From: Rotaria socialis
Taxonomy: Eukaryota
NCBI GenBank assembly: GCA_905331295.1
Contig: CAJNYD010000037.1
Span: 1-64,000 of the forward strand
Length of the DNA stretch: 64,000 nt
Direction: 5' to 3'
Shown here: one piece after another, positions 54,733 through 64,000 of the stretch
Numbering within the stretch: the first letter of the stretch is position 1
How the letters are laid out: each line of letters begins with the position of its first letter
Made by a program: the position numbers and the translations under genes
The notes under the pieces: model-generated
Database searches by the model: none
Told to the model about the DNA's origin: nothing
What the model saw: the letters and a program-made list of their open reading frames with translations, nothing else

Positions 54733-55693
54733 TCAAGTGACAAAATTGGTTGAATGAGAATTTCGGTAATAAAATAAACGAATAACCGATATCAATGGAC
54801 GAAATAGACGTGTGTAAATATCGAAAATAATATTGATTGATGAGAATAATCGTAGAAATGTAACAATTTGGTAATAAATGAAGTATTCGTAGAAATAAAT
54901 CCAACAAAACCAGCCCAGGAAAACGATCAAAGTTAAATAACAATTGAACGAAGTCCACTGGTCCAGGTCGATCAACTCGTGTCGAACACGGTCGTTTGAC
55001 CACAATTTACGGCCGTTTGCTATGCACCGTATTACGGTCGTTTGGCATCGTGCCATAAACGATCGGATACGGTCGGATACTGCAATATCCGACCACATTA
55101 CGGCCGTTAGCAACCGTTTACGACATGGCGTAATACGGTGCATACCAAAACGTCGAATTACGGCAATTTACGGTCGGAAACGTTATAAAACGGTAGTAAA
55201 CGTTGCCGTATACGGCCGTCTACGATCGTATCAGGTCACCGTAATGTTCGACCTGGGTGGAAACAGTTCGATACTAATAATAAGGTATATGAACGCAAAT
55301 TAATATGAATCGAAAGATCGGCTTAATTACAATAACAAAGACAAATGAATAATAAAGATAATAATGATTTAATCTGAAATTAATAGAAAATGCAACAAGT
55401 ATTTATAAAGAGTTCAATGATAAGAAAGAATGAATTGAACAAAGAGAAGTGAGCTAACATAAATGACTGACTAGATCAAGACAGATGTAAACCCGACGAT
55501 ATGAGCAAAGATAAGTGTATAATTGGTTATTTGAAAGCAATTAATCAACAGATATGGAGAAAGTATTTGATAAATGTAAAAAATGAACCAATTGAAATAA
55601 ACTTTATAGAAAGAATATGGTTGAGATAAGGGGTAATAATAAATGACCGAATATGAAAGCGAAGACCGAATTTCTATCATTCTTTATATCCAT
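54733..55693 (-). pseudogene. Two-exon gene for an unknown hydrophobic (multi-pass membrane?) protein of ~187 aa, interrupted by a MITE and three TAA stops
   Basis: Exon 55472-55693 (MDIKNDRNSVFAFIFGHLLLPLISTIFFL*...), a 98-nt GTCAGT...TTTCAG intron, then exon 54733-55373. Excising the MITE plus one TSD (299 bp) restores frame through ...VSNCFQWTSFNCYLTLIVFLGWFCWIYFY... Confidence 0.6.
54962..55257. mobile_element. MITE with (T/C)CCAGGTCG termini
   Basis: TGG|TCCAGGTCGATCA ... TGTTCGACCTGGG|TGG (2-3 bp TSD), with internal TACGG/CCGT repeats. Confidence 0.85.
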
Positions 55694-55841
55694 TAGCTGG
55701 TTATAAATACGATTAGTTGGATTTTTCTTTATCTATTCTTTCTACTGCAAGTTATTTGCGAATGATCGAGAATCTTTCATGTACTTCAAGATCATCTTTG
55801 ATGAATGTACCTTTCTCGTACTTTTTAAATTTCTTTCTTTA

Positions 55842-56190
55842 TTCAGGTGAATGAATCCTATGACGGATCCTATCACCCAACAGAATCCGATGGGATTCCG
55901 GGTGACGGATTGACTGTCGGTTCCAACGGAAGAAAACATTTTCTTAATTAGGGGTGAATATGCATATTTTCTCATAATAACACTAGGGTCATACGTTCAT
56001 GTGGGATTCCGTTAATTTCCAACACTGGGTCCTATGGAATTCCTACACCAAGGATCCAACTGTAGGTCCTGACCCCGGAATCCTATAGGATTTCGTTGGT
56101 TTTATTGGAATCCATGGATATTTGGTATATTCACGGTCTGACCCTTGTCGGAATCCGATAGAATCCTAGTCTCGGAATGACTCTCTTGGG
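55842..56190. mobile_element. Older MITE of the same type (GGATCC/GAATCC-rich)
   Basis: TA|TTCAGGTGAATGAATCC ... GGAATGACTCTCTTGGG|TA. Degenerate TIR; internal motifs resemble 48487-48849. Confidence 0.6.
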
Positions 56191-56241
56191 TATTATCTCT
56201 GCCCGTCTCTTTAATAAATTTCCTTGTATTTCATTTTACAG

Positions 56242-56916
56242 TTTTTTTTTGTTTTTTATTCATCTTCGTAAACAAATAGCTAGTCTTATACAATCATATG
56301 ATCATCATAAACAAACACTCCATTTAATTTTACACAACCAAAAGAAAAAGGCGAAAGCTATATGCGACATCATCAAGTGAGAACACAGATTTAAATAAAT
56401 TATTCATTTATTTTCCCCTAGATTCCAATTACATTGTCTGACGGCACAGCAACTCGAACACCAACAAACACTACCAATGGCGGTAGGTGTGCAAGTAGAT
56501 TTGTATTAGATTTCTTTCTAGCTTTTTCTCCTAGGTCAATGATTCCGGAGAATGGATACTGTAGGAACCGGCCGGAAAGATGCGGAAAATCACCGTATCT
56601 GACTGGAAAGCACGGAAAAAGCGCTGGAAAGCGGAAGCAGTATTCCGGTTGGAAGTTACCGGACTTTTTCCCTATGGGTTCCGGTCAGTTTCCTGTGCTT
56701 TCCAGCTGGAAGTTGACTGGAATCCACAGGAAAAAAATCCGGTAATTTCCGATCGGAATACTGCTTCCATTTTCCAGCGCTGTCCCGTGCGTTCCGGCCG
56801 TGCCTCCACGACCTGGGCTCTATAGGTTTCCAAATTCAGCACAGACGAATAAGTTGACACCGTTCAAATTCCAGCTGATCGAACGAAACCAAACAAATGT
56901 GTTTTAAATGCTATTA
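56242..56916 (+). pseudogene. Possible decayed three-exon gene fragment inside the cargo element
   Basis: TTTTACAG acceptor, then ...TNTPFNFTQPKEKGESYMRHHQ|GTGAG..CCCCTAG|IPITLSDGTATRTPTNTTNG|GTAGG..[MITE]..TATAG|GFQIQHRRIS*HRSNSS*SNETK. Junctions are phase-compatible but there are several stops and no recognisable homology. Confidence 0.35.
56530..56817. mobile_element. MITE with CC(T/C)AGGTC termini and 2-bp TSD (CT)
   Basis: CT|CCTAGGTCAATG ... CACGACCTGGG|CT, with internal CCGGAA/TTCCGG repeats. Confidence 0.85.
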
Positions 56917-58267
56917 ATAAAATTTTCCTTTTTACCAGTGCAATGCATAGTGACGCGTAGATAACTTGTGATTTCTTCTTATTTCTACTGTTATTTCTAT
57001 TATACCAGATGAAAAAAGGGCTTGATTTTTTTAAAATAAAAGCAGATTGAATAGGTTAGATGTAGCCGATAAAAATAAAATAAAATAAAATCTCCATCGA
57101 ATTGCGTTACATTAACGATAACACAATGGTTGATATTCAAAATAATTGGTAAATAAATCGCGATTTATCGCAATAATCGCTGAAAATATCACAAAAAAAT
57201 CGGCGATTTGCGCACGATTATCGTATCGATATATCGCGATTAATCGCCAATTTTTTTGCCAATTCCCAGAACATGGGAAATACAAGAATTGTTTTTATAA
57301 GCTGCTGATTTTCAAGAGTTCTTACCAAATTTTAAACCAAATGGTTTAAAAGTAATTGGATTATGAATACATTCACTGGCACATAGAAGTTCAAGTGATA
57401 ATGCTGCGATTATTTCCGCTAAATTCAATTCACAAAGAATTTGTTTTCCATCATCGCTTTTTTGATCCTCATGATCTTCTTCGTTCAACAACGATGTCAG
57501 TGACTATAAATATTTACAATAAAACTATTAATTTTAATTCTAAAAAGGAGTCCCTACCAACTGTGATTTATTTTGCGTTTGAGCTAAATATGACTGATGG
57601 TGTATACCAGCAACTGCCATATACCCTGCGTCTGTTATTATTTCTATTTTGAATATATCAAATTGGTCGGCAATCGTATCAAATAAAGTAGCAACTTTAT
57701 TCAGATATGTAATAGCGCTAGCAGCATCAAGATGACCAGTTAATGTTTTAAAATCGACTATATTTGCGAACATAATAGTAACAAGAGGCTGACACTAAAA
57801 CAAATACGAAATCTTCATGCTTAACTAGTATCAATAATAAATACAATACGGTTTACTTCACTGGTATTATATTAGTTTTTTTTACACCAGATTGAAGTAA
57901 AAGTGCAATATGTTTTGGCATCGTTGAATGCAGTAATCGTCGATTTTTCCTATGACTTGTATGCAATTCACGTCGTACGCATGATGCTTGCCTCTCCCAA
58001 AACTGTTGCTATGAAATATATCGATAAGTTCAAAGAAATAAAATAAAATTGACAATCCTAAAACGAACTCTATCAGTAGTCTCTTTTAATTCTCGCTCTT
58101 GACTCGTGTCATGAATCAATCGTTCGCATGTACTATCAAGTAAATTCAAATCCGTCAATTGTAATCCAGCTGATATCATATCATCTGCAATTCCTATACT
58201 ATAATGCTTTGCATTAAATGCTTTATACATTCAATAGAAGGAAAAAAAACAAGTTTTAACTGACACT

Positions 58268-59315
58268 CTGGCATCGCTGCGGCTCTCTCAAAAAATATAG
58301 GAATTCCTATATAGGATAGGTCTAAAATATATAGGATCGCCCTCAACTATATAGGAAAAATATAGGATGACAAATTTATTCCAGAAAAAGATTTAGACAC
58401 CGAAAAATCACTGTAACAGCATTGAAGATGATAATGTGTTGTTTTTGCACGTATATCTAATCAGCTAAATAAAAATATTATTGAGTTTTGAAAAGTAATG
58501 GAGCAGCAAGATTTTCTTAAAACATAAAAAAACTAATTTATGTTCGATTTATTTTCACTATTGGACATGCATGCACTTTAGGGTGTGGGCGAGTTTCTGA
58601 ACAAAATACTCACGCCCACACCCACACCTTTTTGGTATTCAGTCTTTTAGAATTTCATAGTAAGCTACATCAAATTTCATCGAAAAATAAGCATCCGTTC
58701 AGGAGTTATAACGTTGTGCATTTTTTTCAAATACTGCCAAGATTTTAGCAAAATTTCAAACCGTTATAACTCCTGAATGGATGCTTATTTTTCGATGAAA
58801 TTTGAAATCTGTCGATGAAATTTGATGTAGCTTACTATGAAATTCTGAAAGGCGGAATACCAAAAAGGGTTAAAAACATTTGCCGGTTGGGCAAGCAAAA
58901 AAATTATTTTGTTTTCGCAAACTACAATCACAAACTTTTGACCACAAAACCTCATTACTTAGCTCCAATATGACCCCTCATAAGTTCCATCTAGGTCTCA
59001 TGCACTGACGCTGAGATCTAGCATACCCAGAAATTCTGGATAAAACACTGATACAAAGACAACTAATGCAAAGAGTATACTATATACATTATCTAGATGA
59101 ACCAATAGGAAATAAGAGCCATACAAATTGTTACTGACAATATTTAAATGATGTGTTGAACACTTATCAGGAGTTTTTTGAATTTTTTTAGAAGAATCTT
59201 CAATTTTTTCAAAAAAAAATAGGAATATAGGAAAAAAGCTCAAAATATAGTCTATTATAGGATAAATTTTTAAAATATAGGAAATACAGGATATATAGGA
59301 CTGCTGCGAAGCCAG
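58268..59315. mobile_element. Non-autonomous DNA transposon with 8-bp TSD (hAT-like by inference)
   Basis: TSD CTGACACT at 58260-58267 and 59316-59323. TIR CTGGCATCGCTGCGG / CTGGCTTCGCAGCAG. TATAGGA subterminal repeats at both ends. Confidence 0.85.
58627..58868. repeat. Long inverted repeat (~85-bp arms) nested in the 8-bp-TSD element
   Basis: CCTTTTTGGTATTC...GCATCCGTTCAGGAGTTATAACG pairs with CGTTATAACTCCTGAATGGATGC...GAATACCAAAAAGG. The right arm carries an extra ~20-bp internal duplication (TCGATGAAATTTGA). Confidence 0.85.
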
Positions 59316-62300
59316 CTGACACTGGATGACAAAGAAATAATACATGTTCTTGTGTTGTATATATTTCATTTAACCTTTCAATTAAATTCTACCTTCGGGT
59401 CCAACACGTAGTGCGATTCGATTTTCCATTACAAAGATAATATGTTAATCATATAGGGAAAGAATCTTAAAATAAATATGATATTACTTGAAGAACAAAA
59501 ATAATAATAATCGCACTATCCTTTATCCCAGCCGAAATAAATATCAGGTTGAATAAGCTGAAAGATTTGATTGAATACTCTTCCAGTCAAAACAGTATCA
59601 TCAGAAAAAACTTTCATAATATTTTTACCGATATGAAGAACATCTAACGACGAATCCATAAGCACAGAAAATGGAAATATCGAGATTAAAAAAATAGCAT
59701 GATTTCAAACTTGACGGCAAAAACAATTTTCATATTTACTCGAAAGAAAGTTGTACCGTATAAATCGGATAAGGATGGAAAATTGAATAACCGCCTACTT
59801 TCAAATTCTTTGTTTTCGAATTGTACCCGCGTGATAATATGCGAATCTAATACTTTTAATATAAAAAAGCGTATATACGTATATATGAAGTCATCATAAT
59901 AATGCTCACAGTGTGCAATTGATAAATCATATTGTACAATGATATCGAGATCGGTCTGATTGAATACTACTGATGCTACAGTTGTGAGTGCACCGATAGC
60001 AAAATGAATAAGACCAAGGCGTACGCTTCTACATATAGGTAGTATTTCTCTGTCACTTAGAGTTATGTTATTCAGAAAAAGAATACATTACTTGTAAACA
60101 ACTGTACTCCTTCGTCATCTTCTTCCGTAACATGAAATAATGGATATCGCATTTGTGAAAAAGTAAATCGGTTTGAATCATGTCCTTGATTAATAACAAA
60201 AAGAAAACCACGTAATGTTCGTCCAGCTATTCGAATTAGTTTATCAAAACCATATCTGTAAAAATAATGAGCAAAATGCCCCAAAGAAATTGTAAGTATT
60301 TATTACGTGTGCCACTATTTAAAATCTCAACCAAATCTATCGACATGAAAATTAGTTTACAAAAAAACAAAATAATTAGAAGTCGACTTTCAGTCGCAAA
60401 TTTTTATAAGTAGATTATCATCGTATCTTTTATGAAAATCGAATGTTTCTAAAGGTAAATTAAGTTCTTATGCAACACGTTTCCACATAAACGCTTCATA
60501 TGAACGAAGAATATCATCTCGAATGGTATCCATGAAAATACCGTATAACATTTTTGAGAAAAATGTTATTGTAATAAAAAAAATAGATTATCAAGTTTCC
60601 GATCTCTAATGAATAAATCGAATTGAATAAAGTAAATTGAGATTTTATGACTTTTACTTAATATTTCCTTGAGAATTACTTCCATATTTTTTATAGACTT
60701 TATTTGATACATTTTGTTCTATTCTCTCAGCATCGAACATTCAGGCACTATGAAAGTTCAAAAACAAAATCTACAATATTTCTTCTACTATCGATAGGAA
60801 AAGAGCTAGTTGAATCTTCTATGAGAACGATATATCAGCTCAAAAATATGTTTACTATGATATAAACAACACATTACCATAAAGTATGATACTTTTCTCC
60901 GGCAAAGCGTCAGTGCTCGTACATCTTTGCTTTTCTTCTAGATCTATTTCATGATGCCAATGAATATAATGTCTCATTTTTACATATCTCGTATTTTTCG
61001 AAGCGTCTTTTCTGAGACTGGTCATTATCAGTTTAAAAAATGACACAAAAATCAGTAAATAAACTAAAAAGACAAAAGAAAGTAAACAAGCAAATTCTGT
61101 TACATGTGTTTTAAATGGTAAAAGATTTTCGAATTTTAATTTAAGCTTGTGCGTCTATAGTGATATCATCAGTAAAAGTCAGTAACAGCGTAAAAGCTAG
61201 TTGCATGAATATTAACCACAGAAAAAAAATTTACTGAGGAAATCTTTTCCAGTATGATTTATTCTTTTAAAATTCATCATTCAAGCATTAACAGAGAATC
61301 TCTTAACTAGAAAAATTCCACTTGGATTGACTTTCAACCGTTTGCCTTAGATAATTACAACAAAACATTGAAAGAAAAATTAAATAAAGAATTTTTGATT
61401 TGAAATTTTGTCTCTTCGTTAACCTTATGGTTCTAAAAGATATAATAGTGAGAGTGACTTCCTTGTTCAAATATTCAAATAACAATTCAATATCCAGAAG
61501 GGTTAAAAAAATCCAGAGATATTATAGATTGAATATCTAAAGAATGTAGCAGCCAGTTCTACTAATAGTTTTTTAAATATTTCTAGACTAAATTAAATTA
61601 CATAACAGAATTCTAAGCTTATAGTTTATTAGCAATTAGAGATATTATTTTTAACAAAAATGCGAAATTTATTTCTCATCTAAGACATACTCAAGATAAA
61701 AGCTAATATCTCTTTGGATAGTATCTTGAATTAACGAAATTATATTATAACCTACTGACTAAGTTTAAAATATACACACTTTAACAAGTTTCTTTACAAC
61801 CAGTGTGCGAGTCATATCAGTCTGTTTAATTAATAAAAAGAAAAATATATAAACAATGGACGAAGCTCGTACAGTTTAAAACCGCTTCATGTGCTAAAGT
61901 AGATGTAAATAAGATTACAGAAAGATAATTCTTTGATAGAAATAACGAAAAGAATATATTCTAATCATTACTATAAATACAGAAGTATATCTAAACTTCC
62001 AATTACTTTTTATTTATATTAGTTTGTTTAAAGCTGCATATGGTTCGTTTGCTTTTGTTTTTTGTAGTTGTCCAGCATGCAGTAATATTGTAAATTAGTC
62101 AATACTTTCAAACAATTGCATCGTTACATAGAGACTTCTTCATGTGACGCATCATTCTCGATGAGTCCTATAGAACCTAGTAGGAGACGAGTAAAACATT
62201 TTTTTTTCTACAGGTTATGGCTGACTTCGTTGGTGTTTGGTGATTGTTGAAAAGATCCCATAGCAAATAAAGGATTTCTGATTACTTAAAGTGAAATATC

Positions 62301-62564
62301 AAATATTGGATTCTCTCACTACGGCACAAGAATCGAATAGCTATTTTTACGTTGATTCATTTATCTAACCATGTTATTTTCAATTACAACTAAAGTTTTA
62401 TTAATATAGTATTATCTTTGTAGCACTTTTCCACAAGGATCAGTTGAAATTTTTATCACTCTGATGCAACTTAATAAATTTTTGTATTATTTTATGCGAT
62501 ACCTTTGTCTTTAAGTTTATGAATAGATCAAACGGTCCGGTGTTGTATCCTTATTTAAATTCTA

Positions 62565-62696
62565 CAGTTATACGTAACTGTGATTCTTTCACCATAACTA
62601 CGCGTAACTGCGATGTTTTCATCGTAGATACGCGCAGCTACGTCACAATTTTTCGCAATTACGGATCACAGTGCGATCGCAGTTACGGCGTAACTG
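62565..62696. repeat. Cluster of CAGTTA..TAACTG palindromic motifs, probable MITE remnant
   Basis: CAGTTATACGTAACTG at the left, CAGTTACGGCGTAACTG at the right, degenerate copies between. Confidence 0.5.
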
Positions 62697-63691
62697 CGCC
62701 ACAGTTTCATCGTAATGAAACACTTTTTTGACGTTGTGACTAAAAACAGTCGTAAAAAATACATGTTTACAATGATTGTGCTTGTGAAACTGAAGAGAAG
62801 GAGAAATAATTTTCATTCAATTTTGAGTTGATTTGGTTTTAATCTCTGATGTAGTAGCAGAGTAAAATTGTAAAGAAAGTGGCTCCATATGAAACGCTTC
62901 ATATGTGGCGACCTCGCAGCGAACAACTGTAAATTGGTGACTACTGGCTATAACACGATGCTCTCTGTGCCGATATGAAGGAGAATTATTAGGAGAAAGT
63001 TTTTGTACAGACATCCAAAGTTTGGTTTACCATGGACATGCACATGTTTATGAATCTTTGAAATGCTCGAATTGCGTTGAATCATAGGTTAGTCGATTTG
63101 TAAACATAGTAAACAGAATATTTTAACGGTTACTTAATATTGATCGAAATGTAATATTATACAATTTCAATTCAGATTAGATTTATCGATAGATATTATA
63201 TTATAATTTTCGTCGCTGCAAACTTATACTATAAAATTATCAAATATTTAAAGTTCACAAAGTTTATCTTCTATGAATATGAAATTAATGGAACTGCGTA
63301 TGATTTAGTTAATCTAGAGAAGTTGGGTTGAATCAAAATAAAATAATAATAGAGAAGCAACAAACACATCGATAGTATAATTAATTATGAAAAAAAAAAC
63401 TTTTTGTTTTTCTGATCGAGTCGAGGATTACTTGGACTAAGATATTGGAGTAAACGACTGGTGTAGAATTAACAGTATATCGATTCTATTAGATAAACCA
63501 CAGCTGACAATTGTTTTTCGGATCGTTTTATTATTAGAAATATATTTTTTGAATGTCAACTTGACCTAAAGATCGTCTTCTTTTCTTTATTGATAAAACA
63601 TATAATCCTCCCTAGTCGAACTATTTATTCGTGCGCTTGCAAGATTTAAGCTCAAGATGTGTCCATACCGCTTGACTTTCTTACTCAAGAC

Positions 63692-63916
63692 TAGGACTAT
63701 AACAGTTCGGAAATAGTTCAGTTCAAAAGAACTGTTCGAACAGTTCGTTTGAACTGAACTGAACTGTTCAAACAGTTCGGTTCAGTTCAGAGGAGCTGTT
63801 CAAAATTCCTCTTAACTGAACTGCACTGTTAAAAACAGTTCGTCTGAACTGAACTGAGCTGAACTGTTTGAGCAGTTCGTTTGAACTGAACTGAACTGCG
63901 AACTGTTATAGTCCTA
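63692..63916. mobile_element. Young hAT-type MITE (225 bp)
   Basis: Perfect 18-bp TIR TAGGACTATAACAGTTCG / CGAACTGTTATAGTCCTA. Perfect 8-bp TSD CTCAAGAC (63684-63691 and 63917-63924). Internal GAACT/AGTTC pentamer arrays. Confidence 0.95.
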
Positions 63917-64000
63917 CTCAAGACAAGCGCTTCAATGTTTGCATGAGTTACAAAAGAAATGCAACTATAATTTTTTATTAAAAGTTGAGTTATTGTGAAT

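Larger units (their letters stand above)
50439..57277. mobile_element. 6.8-kb non-autonomous cargo-carrying DNA transposon (CCCAT...ATGGG, 2-bp AA TSD; CMC/EnSpm-like by inference)
   Basis: Imperfect TIR CCCATATCGTGAAAATCG / CCCATGTTCTGGGAATTG. AATCG/CGATT subterminal arrays at both ends share the exact 14-mer ATCGCGATTAATCG (50605-50618 and 57233-57246). Removing the element restores a 50-nt GTAAG...TATTTAG intron of the cyclase gene. Confidence 0.8.
49950..60551 (-). pseudogene. Soluble guanylate cyclase (H-NOX, HNOBA/PAS, cyclase) pseudogene; 3' limit approximate
   Basis: MLYGIFMDTIRDDILRSYEAFMWKRVA* has an in-frame TAA at 60468-60470. Also YGFDKLIRIAGRTLRGFLFVINQGH, FPFSVLMD, FLCHPV, LTDLNLLDS, LLHSTMPKHIA, VTIMFANIVDF, FHSGVAIGGFIG..YCLFGDT, GRIHLSQAAY. 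Further stops and frameshifts, plus two TE insertions at splice sites. Confidence 0.88.

Noticed and set aside
50854..60551. Horizontal (bacterial) origin for ECH1 or the H-NOX cyclase
   Set aside because: Both have many spliceosomal introns and animal-type motifs. Nothing in the sequence supports foreign origin without a phylogeny.
63692..63916. GAACT arrays as CRISPR-like or telomeric repeats
   Set aside because: No repeat-spacer structure, and the array is bounded by TIRs and a TSD, so it is a MITE. No CRISPR, tRNA or rRNA was recognised anywhere in the window.

Overview
Very AT-rich eukaryotic DNA with many 45-75 nt GT-AG introns. Composition and intron size suggest a bdelloid rotifer (Rotaria-like), which is an inference only. 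The left ~46 kb is a compact block of housekeeping genes rebuilt by hand from splice sites: CHD1 (-), PICALM/AP180 (-), ZRSR2/URP (+), CNOT10 (+), RAB5 (-), an RNF11-like RING-H2 gene (+), an orphan gene with three candidate first exons (-) and VPS45 (-). The right ~18 kb is transposon-rich. It holds a decayed H-NOX soluble guanylate cyclase gene, and a former 50-nt intron of that gene now contains a 6.8-kb non-autonomous CCC...GGG element with a 2-bp TSD. That element carries several captured, intron-containing host genes (an ECH1 copy, two unknown genes, a possible fourth fragment) plus nested MITEs. Best leads: (1) the gene-capturing 'Pack'-type element; (2) U12-type splice signals nested inside a possible U2 intron at the 5' end of ZRSR2; (3) two same-strand gene pairs only 61-64 nt apart with unpaired AG acceptors, suggesting SL trans-spliced operons; (4) switchable membrane anchors in the orphan gene. 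All exon boundaries and family calls come from manual reading, with no database searches.
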